Virus record (IMG/VR): IMGVR_UViG_3300045988_076131
Location: 1 to 64,000 of that record
Length of the DNA stretch: 64,000 bases
Source: a virus
Strand: one strand, 5' to 3'
Shown here one piece after another: positions 16,756 to 26,321 of the stretch. Each line of letters starts with the position of its first letter. Within the stretch, counting starts at the first letter, position 1. The notes below the pieces were generated by a model, which did not search any database, was not told the origin of the DNA, and worked only from the letters and a program-made list of their open reading frames with translations. Made by a program: the position numbers and the translations under genes.

Positions 16756-17128
16756 AGTAAACGCATACCGCTGTTCGCACTGCGGAAAGCTGTTTCTTAC
16801 GGAAATACGTTGCATAAAACATGAGGAAAAGTATTGCAACAAATCTCCTTGCAATATCGCAGCTTGCTATTCGTGCAAGTGGTACAAAGAAACGGAGCAA
16901 ACTACGACTATTACAAGGACAGGGGTCAATCCGCTGACAGGGTACGAATACGAATACGGAAAAGAGGTTCGCATAAATCTATGCTTGAAGCATCACAACG
17001 CCAAAATGTTCAACTCGTTTCATGCGTCAGAAGAACTTGTTGAGGATGCTGAGAACGGCGGCTTCCGTATCATGCCGACGATGAAAGAAGGATGTTTGGA
17101 CTATAAAAAGAAAGAAAATGAAGATTAG
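16748..17128 (+). CDS. zinc-finger-like protein
   Basis: 126 aa; CSHCGKLF...CIKHEEKYC (C2H2-like) plus further Cys pairs. Confidence 0.5.
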   Translation: MIRVNAYRCSHCGKLFLTEIRCIKHEEKYCNKSPCNIAACYSCKWYKETEQTTTITRTGVNPLTGYEYEYGKEVRINLCLKHHNAKMFNSFHASEELVEDAENGGFRIMPTMKEGCLDYKKKENED

Positions 17129-17369
17129 AAAAATAAAGAAGGAGTTTAAGATGCCACTTCGTCCGCTACGAAAAAATAGAAGCTACAAGGTGGCGAAAAG
17201 ACTGCGCAAACTATGGGGTATCGGTCCTTTTCCTGATACGATTAGCTACTCGCAAGATATTTGGCAGGGAAAAGCTTTCCTGCCCTTGTTCTTAACAATA
17301 AGGATTGGCAAAAAGCTACACAAGGCATATTTTTCGACCAATTCGCCACTTTTTAACCAGAAACATTAA
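17118..17369 (+). CDS. hypothetical basic protein
   Basis: 83-aa ORF. Confidence 0.4.
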   Translation: MKIRKIKKEFKMPLRPLRKNRSYKVAKRLRKLWGIGPFPDTISYSQDIWQGKAFLPLFLTIRIGKKLHKAYFSTNSPLFNQKH

Positions 17370-17386
17370 GTAAAAATCAAATAACA

Positions 17387-18396
17387 ATGGAAATACTCAA
17401 AGAAATCAAAGTTCCTACAGGTGAAATCTACACCGCAAAAGGAGACAAAGGCGCGTTGGAGTTTCTGACAGTAGCCGACTACGGAAAAGATGCAAACATC
17501 AAAGCCGACTTTCTCAGCATAACAAGAGAGCTGAATGGTGTGCCGAACGGAACACCAATGCCCTAACCGAAAAATGGGTGATAACAATCTCTACACAGTA
17601 CGGCTGCTCGATGAACTGCAAGTTCTGCGACGTGCCGAAAGTCGGGCCTGGGCGCAACGTAACTCTGAACGACCTGCGCAACGAGATAACAACGGCGTTA
17701 AGTATGCACCCAGAGGTTAACCATACCAAGCGTCTTAACGTACACTATGCGCGCATGGGCGAGCCGACATGGAACGAGGCTGTAATCGAACACGCACGTT
17801 TCTTCTTGCGTGATGATATTATTCCTTACATCGGAAATTCGCTTGTGCATCCTGTAGTAAGCACGATGCTTCCGAAGCATAATCGAGGCTTAAAAGACTT
17901 CATTCGTGAATGGGTTAGGGTAAAGAATCTCGACTACAACGGAAACGCAGGCTTGCAGTTCTCCATAAACTCTACTGACGACTCACAGCGAGAATACCTG
18001 TTCTCGGGTAACGCCATGCCATTGAGAGATATTGCAGAACTTGCCGACACACTTGAAACTCCGCGCGGTCGCAAGTACACCCTTAACTTCGCACTTGCTG
18101 ACGACTCAATCATTGACGGCAAGGTGCTTGCTTCGATGTTTGACCCACGCAAGTTTATGTGTAAGATTACACCGCTTCACCGAACAAACAGCTGCGAAGC
18201 CAACCATATTCAGACAAGTGGCGGCTACGACTCTTTCGTACCGTACAAGAAAGTGGAAGAAGATTTGAAAGCAAACGGATTTGATGTAATCGTGTTCGTT
18301 CCTTCGTATGACGAGGACAACGGGCTGATTACTTGTGGCAATGCAATCCTGTCCGGCAAGAAGCCGACATCAAGCTACAAGGAGGTAATATTTTAA
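17387..18396 (+). CDS. radical SAM enzyme (RlmN/Cfr-like layout), split by an apparent 1-nt deletion at CCC 17561-17563
   Basis: CxxxCxxC in ISTQYGCSMNCKFCD; ARMGEPTWN, LQFSINSTDD, CKITPLH, ITCGNA blocks parallel RlmN. The 59-aa upstream ORF (MEILKEIKVPTGEIY...GTPMP) joins in frame if CCC is CCCC (..PMPLTEKWVITIST..). Confidence 0.7.
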
Positions 18397-18410
18397 TCTG
18401 ACAAACAAAA

Positions 18411-18746
18411 ATGAGCAAAAAGAAAATATACATATCATCACCTATTACAGGCTACAACCTCAACGAGCGACACAAGTTTTTCGCTCGGATCGAGAAAGAA
18501 CTGACAATTCTCGGCTACAAGGCAATCAACCCAATGGCTAAGCCGTTGTCCGACTCTGCGCCGTACACGGAACACATGAAAGAGGACTTACGCCTGCTCC
18601 TCGGCTGCGACGGCATCGTCGTACCGAACCGATGGCGCTGCTCGAAAGGCTGTGAAACGGAACGCCGTGTGGCTGACGCTTGCGGAATACCCGTCGTAGG
18701 CGTGATAGGCGAAGCGCACGATTTGCAAATCTTAAACGCGATATAA
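18411..18746 (+). CDS. DUF4406 / nucleoside 2-deoxyribosyltransferase-like protein
   Basis: 111 aa; KIYISSPITG...NPM...DLRLLLGCDGIV pattern. Confidence 0.45.
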   Translation: MSKKKIYISSPITGYNLNERHKFFARIEKELTILGYKAINPMAKPLSDSAPYTEHMKEDLRLLLGCDGIVVPNRWRCSKGCETERRVADACGIPVVGVIGEAHDLQILNAI

Positions 18747-18748
18747 GT

Positions 18749-19495
18749 ATGAGTGCAAGTCAGTTAATAAGCCACACTCCGAGAATGGCGTATATTATCG
18801 CGCCAAGCGTAAAGCAGAAAGAGGAATTGCTAAGGAGCATTGACCGCTATTGTTCGCTGTATTACATCACAATGGGTTCTGCGTACAACATTGCTCAAAC
18901 AGCGATGATAGACGCTTACAACGCGATTAAAGATGACAAGAAGCTATACCGTCAGCAGACAAAGCAAAGCATCAACAAGGCTCTTGCTGCATACAACACA
19001 TGGGATGCGAAGATGCGCTTTGTCCTCGCCGACCGCTATCAGCTTTGGCTTGACCTATCCGATGCGTCGGAAGCGGAACTGAAACCGCTCGTCACAACAC
19101 TCTATTACTGTATCGACAACTACTTCTTGAAGAACAAGGTGCCGAAAAGTAAGATAATCGCCCGTATGGAGACGGCAATGGTGCTGATAGATATTGCTGT
19201 AAACCTGTTCAGAAACCTGTTTGACAATATTCAGAAGAAGATAGGAATGGACTTGCGCCAGGCGTTCAACGAAGGCAACGCACTGGAGCTGCAACGCAAC
19301 TGGAACAACGCCATGCAGTCAGTCATAAACACGATACCAGGAATGCCCGACATTGACATCAACGATGATGCGAACAGTGTTCAGGCGGCGAAGAATATCG
19401 TAACGAAAATCTCGAACGAGGGTATCTACGACCGCGCAGGAGAGTATGCGTTACAGGTGAACCCCGAATATAAGCCAGAGGATTACGGAGGATAG
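18749..19495 (+). CDS. hypothetical protein (start trimmed to MSASQLIS)
   Basis: last gene of the + strand early operon. Confidence 0.6.
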   Translation: MSASQLISHTPRMAYIIAPSVKQKEELLRSIDRYCSLYYITMGSAYNIAQTAMIDAYNAIKDDKKLYRQQTKQSINKALAAYNTWDAKMRFVLADRYQLWLDLSDASEAELKPLVTTLYYCIDNYFLKNKVPKSKIIARMETAMVLIDIAVNLFRNLFDNIQKKIGMDLRQAFNEGNALELQRNWNNAMQSVINTIPGMPDIDINDDANSVQAAKNIVTKISNEGIYDRAGEYALQVNPEYKPEDYGG

Positions 19496-19504
19496 CTTAA
19501 TATC

Positions 19505-19556
19505 AACCGCGCACGGGCAGCAGGAGTGAAATCTTGTTGTCCGTGCGCGGTTTTTT
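19505..19556. terminator. bidirectional intrinsic terminator between convergent operons
   Basis: 12-bp stem AACCGCGCACGG / CCGTGCGCGGTT followed by TTTTTT. Confidence 0.8.
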
Positions 19557-19557
19557 G

Positions 19558-19965
19558 TTATTTGCCTTGCAACGTAAATGCCCGACCGTACAGCAGCATC
19601 GTAAGAATAATCAGCGTGTAGTCCGCAATCCGTGTCGTTTCTGAAATGCACAGCGTGCCGTGCCCAAGCCTTATCAGAATAACTCCTGCAAGATACAGGA
19701 ACGGTATTCGCCACACCCAGCTGAATTTGAAAAGAAAGCTTGCCGGCAGTAAAACGGAGGGCAGCACGATATACGCAAGTGCATATAATGACACAACCAA
19801 AACGGCGTTCTCGTTCAGATCTAAACCCATTGACGCTGCGTTATGGTGAAACCAATACACGCCGGACCAGTGTAAAACCATAAGGAGTATAGGTATCGCT
19901 CTTATGCCGATTCTGTAAAACCAAAACAGCTTTTCGGCAAGCGTATTTGTCTGTATTGTTTTCAT
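19558..19965 (-). CDS. multi-pass membrane protein (paralog of 23550-24113)
   Basis: 135 aa, 4 hydrophobic segments; shares the FxWxWRIPFLY motif with the 187-aa protein. Confidence 0.6.
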   Translation of the reverse strand: MKTIQTNTLAEKLFWFYRIGIRAIPILLMVLHWSGVYWFHHNAASMGLDLNENAVLVVSLYALAYIVLPSVLLPASFLFKFSWVWRIPFLYLAGVILIRLGHGTLCISETTRIADYTLIILTMLLYGRAFTLQGK

Positions 19966-19975
19966 ACCGCTAAAT

Positions 19976-20356
19976 TTATGTTAGTTTCTTGAATATCCGT
20001 TCGCACAGCTCTCCCATGATGTAGCAAGCCTGCTCACCGCTCATGTCAATATCATACGCTTCGCAGATATGTGCGGTAACGTGCAACAGTTCGTGACCGA
20101 TTGTGTTAACCATCTCGCTTTCTTCTTCTGAGTGTCCGATAGTAACCACGCTCACCTTGTCCTTGACGTTGGAGTAGGTGAGTCCTCTGCTTTCGCCACC
20201 GCTTATGAAGTGACGGTAGGCTTTGCTTGTCGCTTCGCTGCCACACCCAATAGTCATAAGCTCGCTACAGAGATGCACCGCGTCGCCACTGCCATATCCG
20301 ATGAAGCAACGCACTTCCCAGTCGTACTTGTCGAGCCTTATGTCACGCCTAATCAT
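19976..20356 (-). CDS. HExxH metallopeptidase-like protein
   Basis: TIGHELLHVTAH motif; start set at MIRRDIRL (ATGA overlap with the upstream gene). Confidence 0.5.
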   Translation of the reverse strand: MIRRDIRLDKYDWEVRCFIGYGSGDAVHLCSELMTIGCGSEATSKAYRHFISGGESRGLTYSNVKDKVSVVTIGHSEEESEMVNTIGHELLHVTAHICEAYDIDMSGEQACYIMGELCERIFKKLT

Positions 20357-20781
20357 AACAAGTCCTCCCAAGGTATAGGCATACCGTTGTGGCAGCAGTC
20401 GGCATAGAAGCGGTTGAAGATGAAGCCGTCTTTCTGATCTGTGTCATCAACCACATCTTTCACATAATGCGCCATTTGCTGCTCGTCCTTTATCGACTTG
20501 CCCCAAAAGTCAGCTCTGCACATATTGGCTACATACACGTGGTCGTAGCCGACGAGATTTTCAAGCTGCAAGCCGTTCGTTTGCAACATCTCCTCGACCT
20601 TCTCTTTCGGTAGCATCTCCAAACGTTCTTCCTTGCCAGTAGCAGGGTTAATCGTTCGCATTTGCTTGACAGCCCACTCGCACATCTTCTTGTTGAAGTG
20701 ATAGCCGTTGTATCTTAAATAAGCTATCATTCCTTCGGGTTTCAAGTCGTACATATCCAAAGGCATCTTACATCTTCCCAT
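20353..20781 (-). CDS. hypothetical protein
   Basis: 142-aa ORF. Confidence 0.6.
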   Translation of the reverse strand: MGRCKMPLDMYDLKPEGMIAYLRYNGYHFNKKMCEWAVKQMRTINPATGKEERLEMLPKEKVEEMLQTNGLQLENLVGYDHVYVANMCRADFWGKSIKDEQQMAHYVKDVVDDTDQKDGFIFNRFYADCCHNGMPIPWEDLL

Positions 20782-20842
20782 AATATTTAGGTTTTAAAAG
20801 ACTGGCAGGGAAGCGAACCTCCCCACCAGTCGGGTTAATTAC

Positions 20843-21109
20843 TTAGTAGCGTCTGCGACCTCGATAACCACCGCGTCGTTCTCCGTAGCGACCATCGTCG
20901 TCATCATCGTACATATCGCGCTCACGGCGTTCGTTCTCGTATCGCCAATCGTCGCGGTAATCGGGCATAGGTGAACGCTCGCCGTATCGACCTTCGCCAC
21001 GCTGCAAGCTGTCAAGACACGCCATTGCCTTGCCGCCATAGCGCAAGCATTTCTCCACGTTCTCGACAAGCTCACCCATCTTGTTCTCTGTGATTTCTAT
21101 CATGTACAT
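20843..21109 (-). CDS. hypothetical protein with acidic / RG-rich disordered tail
   Basis: 88 aa; ...DMYDDDDDGRYGERRGGYRGRRRY. Confidence 0.5.
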   Translation of the reverse strand: MYMIEITENKMGELVENVEKCLRYGGKAMACLDSLQRGEGRYGERSPMPDYRDDWRYENERRERDMYDDDDDGRYGERRGGYRGRRRY

Positions 21110-21121
21110 AGCTCTTGCATT

Positions 21122-21640
21122 TTAGTTATTGCTGTTTGACTTTTTCAGTGCCTTTTGCAACATGCTTTCTATGTTTGACAAAGTACCCTCCATGCCGCAG
21201 ACCTTGGTTTCGAGCTGAGATATTTTCTGCTCCTGCTCCTTGTCTTTAGCTATCTGAGGATTGAGAACACACATTATCTTCTCGCAGTTGCACACCACCT
21301 TTTCGTGATAGTCCTTGCTTGCAAGCACCTCCTGCGAGTGTCGTAACATCGCTTCCACTTCGGCAATCATCGCTTCGCGACTTTCGCTTACTACCACATC
21401 GCCCGAGTTGGCAATCTGTCCGTTTGAAGGCAGTTGCTTGAACTCTGCTTCGCCGTCGGGCAACTTTACTTTCACATCTACAACCGTTTCCATAGGCTGC
21501 GCTGTAAACTGCCCTGGTTGATAGGTAGGGAACTTCGGCTGAGGATTACTTACGCTTACCACCTGTCCGATTTTCAATGTCGGCTCTTCGCCTTTTTCAA
21601 GCACATAGAATATGCTGTTTGTTCTTAGTCCACTGAACAT
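21122..21640 (-). CDS. hypothetical protein (C-terminal coiled coil)
   Basis: 172-aa ORF. Confidence 0.6.
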   Translation of the reverse strand: MFSGLRTNSIFYVLEKGEEPTLKIGQVVSVSNPQPKFPTYQPGQFTAQPMETVVDVKVKLPDGEAEFKQLPSNGQIANSGDVVVSESREAMIAEVEAMLRHSQEVLASKDYHEKVVCNCEKIMCVLNPQIAKDKEQEQKISQLETKVCGMEGTLSNIESMLQKALKKSNSNN

Positions 21641-21662
21641 AATACAATTCGCAATTTAGTTG

Positions 21663-22007
21663 TTAAACAATACCCGTCATTAGCTGAAGGGTGTTAGTAT
21701 CTCTCTCGAACCAGAGCTGGTATACACCGGTCCCGGCTACATCAGCAACCGTAAGAGCCGCACCTCCAAACTTGGTGACAGCCTGTGTTGCGCCGTTGGT
21801 CTCAAAGAGTATCGGCAGCGTGGTCGTTGTGCCCGTCGGTATCGCCTGTCGCAGATTTACGAATACCGTACCTCTGTAGTTGGCGTTCAAGAAGGCATGG
21901 TTTCTGAATGAGAATACCACACCGTTTGCACCCACCGACACACCGGTAGAACCGATAGCTGCCGAACCTCTTCTGTTGACCCATGAATAAGGATTACCCC
22001 AAATCAT
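21663..22007 (-). CDS. hypothetical protein
   Basis: 114 aa, G/T/A/V-rich beta-like composition. Confidence 0.55.
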   Translation of the reverse strand: MIWGNPYSWVNRRGSAAIGSTGVSVGANGVVFSFRNHAFLNANYRGTVFVNLRQAIPTGTTTTLPILFETNGATQAVTKFGGAALTVADVAGTGVYQLWFERDTNTLQLMTGIV

Positions 22008-22029
22008 AGTCGTTCCTCCAGTTAGATGG

Positions 22030-22965
22030 TTAGCCCCAAAAGCCGTTAGCTCCGTTGACTCCGTAAAGTCCGTATTGTGCTGCTACGCAGTTTGGGACAG
22101 CAACGAACGGCTGGTAAGGTACAGTCGCCGTCTCGGGCATCTTGCACTTGATACCTGCAACCTCCTGCTGCAAGCCTGCCAACACCGCATTGATAGGAGC
22201 GACCGCCTGACCTACAATCTGACTTGTCATAGCCGACGACTTAAACGTTGAGTTCTCCTCGCGCAGAGCGTCAATCTTATTCTGCATTTCGCGCATTTCG
22301 GCTTGCTTCTGACCGTTGACAATGGTCTGTGTGCTGTCCTTGATGGCGTTATGCAAGTCGCAGGTCTGTCTCTGTGTCTCATAAGCGACATTTGAGAAAC
22401 CGCGTTCCTGACCGACAGCTACGTTGTTGATGGCGTTCTGCAAGGTGTTGGTCTGCTGGCATGTGGCAAGTCTGTTCTCGCAGCAACAAGAAGCGAGCTG
22501 CTGTGCAATCTGCATATTGCCTTGCTGGAGAGCGTTGATAACTTGCATACCGCTCATGCCGACCTGATTGCCCACACCCTGAACCTGTGAGGTAAGAGCC
22601 GAGATAGCCGCCTGTATCTGACCTTCGGTGCAGTTAAGCTGCGTAGCGAGGTTGCTTAGAGCGTTTCTGTTTCCACCGATGGCATCCATGAGGAGCGAGC
22701 GACCGTAGTCATTGTTGATTTCATTAGCAATACCGCCTGCGCGACCATTGCCGAAACCACCCCAACCATTACCGCCCCAACCCATGAGGAAGAAAAGGAA
22801 AATTACCCACATGAAGCCGTCGCCCCAACCATTGCCGTTCTTGTTCATGGCAAGGAGGAGATTAGGGTCAAGACCTCTCTGCTGAAGCAGAGGAGCGAGC
22901 AAACTCATCATGCCGCCCTGTCCGCCACCTTCATTGCCGAATACATAAGTTTTTGACTCAGACAT
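22030..22965 (-). CDS. Gly/Trp-rich membrane-anchored protein with Q/N-rich coiled coil
   Basis: 311 aa; GNGWGDGFMWVIFLFFLMGWGGNGWGGFGNG then long Q/A/N helical region. Confidence 0.6.
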   Translation of the reverse strand: MSESKTYVFGNEGGGQGGMMSLLAPLLQQRGLDPNLLLAMNKNGNGWGDGFMWVIFLFFLMGWGGNGWGGFGNGRAGGIANEINNDYGRSLLMDAIGGNRNALSNLATQLNCTEGQIQAAISALTSQVQGVGNQVGMSGMQVINALQQGNMQIAQQLASCCCENRLATCQQTNTLQNAINNVAVGQERGFSNVAYETQRQTCDLHNAIKDSTQTIVNGQKQAEMREMQNKIDALREENSTFKSSAMTSQIVGQAVAPINAVLAGLQQEVAGIKCKMPETATVPYQPFVAVPNCVAAQYGLYGVNGANGFWG

Positions 22966-23026
22966 AATACAATCTTTTTTAAAAATTTTACCTTAGTTGA
23001 CTAAACACTATTGTAACGTTACACCG

Positions 23027-23034
23027 CAAAGTTA
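23027..23034 (-). promoter_or_regulatory. candidate -7 box TAACTTTG on the minus strand
   Basis: plus strand CAAAGTTA; 62 nt upstream of the 22965 start and just downstream of a terminator. Confidence 0.35.
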
Positions 23035-23174
23035 GCGAGTTGTGACGGATAATGCCATAACACGCTCAAAGATTTTATATTATGCTGATAATCAGATATA
23101 TAAGGTGATAGTCGGTACTATCACATCGCAAAACGTTCTTTCCAATGTTTAAAGAATTGGAAAGAATTGAAAAC

Positions 23175-23207
23175 AAAAAAAAGAGAAGCCTCTTTACTTG
23201 CTTCTCT
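23175..23207 (-). terminator. intrinsic terminator (minus strand)
   Basis: 8-bp stem AGAGAAGC/GCTTCTCT followed on the minus strand by T8. Confidence 0.6.
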
Positions 23208-23538
23208 TCTGTTTTATAAAGTGGAGAATATCCCACTTCTTCCAGTATCGTGTGTGTCCGCGCTTCTTGCACTCGCCGTTCGGTATCTCGCCGCGCTTTA
23301 CCATTCTGTTGAGCGTTGCATCGCTAACGCAAAGTTTGTCCTTTACTTCCTCTGCGCTCATCATCGGGTTGAGCATATTAGGAAGTATGTCCTGGCAGAG
23401 TGTTTCTATATCGTCGTCACTCATACCGCAAGCCGTCACTTTCTCGCCGTTGCGCTGCTGCTCGTCCGCCTTAAAGCACGAATTGGCAAGCGATTGCAAC
23501 AACGTGCCGAGCATTTTGTAACCGAAAATCTTTCTCAT
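23194..23538 (-). CDS. HTH DNA-binding protein (excisionase/MerR-like C-terminus)
   Basis: 114 aa; MSAEEVKDKLCVSDATLNRMVKRGEIP...YWKKWDILHF. Confidence 0.55.
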   Translation of the reverse strand: MRKIFGYKMLGTLLQSLANSCFKADEQQRNGEKVTACGMSDDDIETLCQDILPNMLNPMMSAEEVKDKLCVSDATLNRMVKRGEIPNGECKKRGHTRYWKKWDILHFIKQKRSK

Positions 23539-23549
23539 AGCATTTCTTT

Positions 23550-24113
23550 TTAACTGAACATCTTTTTGCCAAGGCTTGACTTGCTACAGAACCAGTCAAT
23601 AGCTCCATAGACATACAGCAACAACGTAAACGCCATGATTGCAAAATGCGCCATTATCATCTCTTTGGTGGTGTACCAACTCCAATATACAAGATGTATC
23701 GAGTTGACAGCAAAGAAGTAGAAGAACGGTATGCGATACTTCCAGCATAGCCAAAAGAAGCGTGACGCAAGAATAATAACCATCGGCAGTATATAGACCA
23801 TGACATAGATGAACGCATAGCACGCCCAGTTCGCCTCGTGTACCACAAACATCTCCTTCGGATTGCGGCTAAAATCGAACATGCCGTACATGTGCGTTAG
23901 CATTATAAAAAACGGAACCCACTTGCAGAACCAACGGAAGAACCGCAGTATTCTGCGTGAATACTGATTGCCGGACTCTGCCAGCAAAGACATAATCTCC
24001 GATATGTCCTTACCCTTCACAAGAGCAAGAAACATCCTTTTATCATCATCGTTCATAGTGATTTTTTTGGTTTGACGTAATTGTCTGTTAGTTTCTTGGT
24101 GCAAGTTAGTCAT
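23550..24113 (-). CDS. multi-pass membrane protein (paralog of 19558-19965)
   Basis: 187 aa; FFWLCWKYRIPFFYFFAVNSIHLVYW. Confidence 0.6.
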   Translation of the reverse strand: MTNLHQETNRQLRQTKKITMNDDDKRMFLALVKGKDISEIMSLLAESGNQYSRRILRFFRWFCKWVPFFIMLTHMYGMFDFSRNPKEMFVVHEANWACYAFIYVMVYILPMVIILASRFFWLCWKYRIPFFYFFAVNSIHLVYWSWYTTKEMIMAHFAIMAFTLLLYVYGAIDWFCSKSSLGKKMFS

Positions 24114-24293
24114 TTTTTCTCAAAGTTGTATACACTGTTATTTATATTTATATTTATTTAAACACCGTAAAAACCGCAAATCTTTAGTTCATGGGTAGTT
24201 CACTTAAACTCCTTGCCTATCCATCACGGACAGGCAAGGCTCCTGAAAACAAATCACCTTAAACTAAAAACTAACAACTAACCAATCTATATA

Positions 24294-24977
24294 TTATCTC
24301 TTTCTGTGTATCAGCCAAAGCAGCAGTGATATAGCGAATAACACCACCGCTCCGACCACTATCTTTCCTACGAACATCTGCGTCCGCTCCCACCATGTCG
24401 CCTTACGCTCAACTGGCACCGGCACTGGAATTGAGTCCGCTCGCAGGATAGACTTGTATATTGTGTCCGTCTTAACGCTCACCCTGTCACGCCATTTGTA
24501 CACATTCTTTGTCTTATATATTGTATCTCCTATCATGTAGCTCTCGACATAGATAGAATCATGTACGCGGAACGTATCGGCTTTGTAGTTGGTCTTATAC
24601 AACGTGTCCGTCTTGTTGATTACCCGTTCAAGCACAACCGGCTTCGGAGTCGTGCAGCTTGTCATAACAAGCAGGATCAAGTGCAGCATAGAACCAACGA
24701 TGATAGTGAAGCCGTAGCGGCAAATATCATCCCATTCGATACTCGGTAGTTTGTAACGCTTCCATTGATACACCTCGCGCAGCACCATTACGGGCAGCGC
24801 GAGCGCTCCCACGAATATAGATGCGATAAACCATCCGATAGCACCTTGTCGGTTTCGCTTATTCTCGTCGTAGTCTTCATCGACCACATCGTGCTTATCT
24901 GCCTTGTAGAAAAAAAAGAGCGTTATCGCTCCCAATACGATGCAGTTCAGCAGCATCAGTATTTCTCTTATATCCAT
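24294..24977 (-). CDS. membrane protein with internal D-T-x-Y-K repeats
   Basis: 227 aa; N- and C-terminal TM segments; TDTLYKT / GDTIYKT / TDTIYKS repeats. Confidence 0.6.
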   Translation of the reverse strand: MDIREILMLLNCIVLGAITLFFFYKADKHDVVDEDYDENKRNRQGAIGWFIASIFVGALALPVMVLREVYQWKRYKLPSIEWDDICRYGFTIIVGSMLHLILLVMTSCTTPKPVVLERVINKTDTLYKTNYKADTFRVHDSIYVESYMIGDTIYKTKNVYKWRDRVSVKTDTIYKSILRADSIPVPVPVERKATWWERTQMFVGKIVVGAVVLFAISLLLWLIHRKR

Positions 24978-24998
24978 ACGCTTTTACTTTTGACATTA

Positions 24999-25388
24999 TT
25001 AATCAGTTTCTTCTCTCCCATAATCACGAGGCGGTTTGCGCTTCATACATCCGTTCACGGTACACTCATTCCATTGCAGCTCGTGCATTTTCATAAGGAG
25101 CGTGTTCTTCTCGTCTTTGAGCTGACGGATGGTTGTTCGCTGCTTGCCAATGTCGTCGTAGAGCGAGTCAATTTTTTTGTTTAGTCGGTCGCGCTCCTCT
25201 ATGTGCTCCTCATGCTCATGGTCGTAAAGGTTGTGCCACTCCTGGGCGTAAGCGAGGGCGTTAGCGTCCTCCACCTTTTGTGCTTCAGCTGCCTCTTTGC
25301 GCTTCCGCGAGTTGTAGTAGAGCAGCTGCCCCACGATGCCGCCGCTAACAAGCAGCGAAAGTATCTGTAAAACCATATCCATCTGCAC
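24999..25388 (-). CDS. N-terminal TM plus coiled-coil protein (lysis accessory / spanin-like by context)
   Basis: 129 aa next to hydrolase and holin candidates. Confidence 0.4.
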   Translation of the reverse strand: MQMDMVLQILSLLVSGGIVGQLLYYNSRKRKEAAEAQKVEDANALAYAQEWHNLYDHEHEEHIEERDRLNKKIDSLYDDIGKQRTTIRQLKDEKNTLLMKMHELQWNECTVNGCMKRKPPRDYGREETD

Positions 25389-25392
25389 CTCC

Positions 25393-25854
25393 TTACTCTA
25401 TTGTTATCCAAATCTGCTCACACCGCTCGTCCGCAGCCTTCAGCATGGTGTACACTTTGCGGAACGTTGACGTTGAGTTCAGTACCTTGCCTTTCTCCTT
25501 ATTCTCGCCGACAAGGATGCAGCCATCCGTGTCCTTCGCCGTGTTACCGATGTGTATCAGCACACCCTGGTAGCCGGGCGTGTTGCACAGTCGCGGCAGT
25601 CTCCCCTTGCAGAACTGGTACTGCGGTCTACCTCCGAAGCGTGGCGACACCGTCTTCATGTCGACGAGGTATCTGCCCGTCGGAATGGCGGTTTCGCCCT
25701 TGATTTTAACTCCGCATATCTGTGCAACCGACATATTAGATGTCAGTCCTCTGTCTTTGTCTTCGAGCGTGTCGCAGACGTATGCGCCGTCAACGTACAT
25801 CTTACCGATGGTGTACGCCTCCTTCCTTGCTATTCGTTTTACCTTGATTTCCAT
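25393..25854 (-). CDS. DUF5675-like putative cell-wall hydrolase (endolysin candidate)
   Basis: 153 aa; GRYLV...GVLIHIGNTAKDTDGCILVG resembles the H-x-G...GC catalytic pattern of L,D-transpeptidase-fold enzymes. Confidence 0.45.
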   Translation of the reverse strand: MEIKVKRIARKEAYTIGKMYVDGAYVCDTLEDKDRGLTSNMSVAQICGVKIKGETAIPTGRYLVDMKTVSPRFGGRPQYQFCKGRLPRLCNTPGYQGVLIHIGNTAKDTDGCILVGENKEKGKVLNSTSTFRKVYTMLKAADERCEQIWITIE

Positions 25855-25864
25855 GTTTATAGAT

Positions 25865-26317
25865 TTAAATGAATAATGTTGTTACGATGTTGAGTATCGC
25901 GCAGCACTCGACGACAAACAGCCAGTAGCGGCGCTTACAGATGCAGAGCACAGCAGCGAGTACAGCGAACAAAACAGTAGGCAGTGCGCTGATACTGCAC
26001 GCCCATGCCACGCTTGCTATTGCCGACGTGATAGCTCCGCACTTGTGTATTGTGCGCTGGCTCTCGTCGAGGTACGCAGGAGCTGCGCCAACAAAGACAA
26101 TGCCCACACAGGTAAGGTATGCCATCCACTCCAGTCCACCCTTTGAAAGCATGAGCGGCAGGAACGATACTCCGAGCGTCACCATGAGCGCAGGGAAGAG
26201 CCAGTCTTTATCCGTGAGGTAGTACACCTCCGAGAGCATGGTGGGCACTCGTCTTGCCACGCAGCAGCTAAAAACATACAGCGCAAGAGCGAGGAGTATA
26301 ATGATAGCTAATGTCAT
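25865..26317 (-). CDS. 4-TM membrane protein (holin candidate)
   Basis: 150 aa, hydrophobic, immediately upstream of the hydrolase candidate. Confidence 0.45.
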   Translation of the reverse strand: MTLAIIILLALALYVFSCCVARRVPTMLSEVYYLTDKDWLFPALMVTLGVSFLPLMLSKGGLEWMAYLTCVGIVFVGAAPAYLDESQRTIHKCGAITSAIASVAWACSISALPTVLFAVLAAVLCICKRRYWLFVVECCAILNIVTTLFI

Positions 26318-26321
26318 AATA

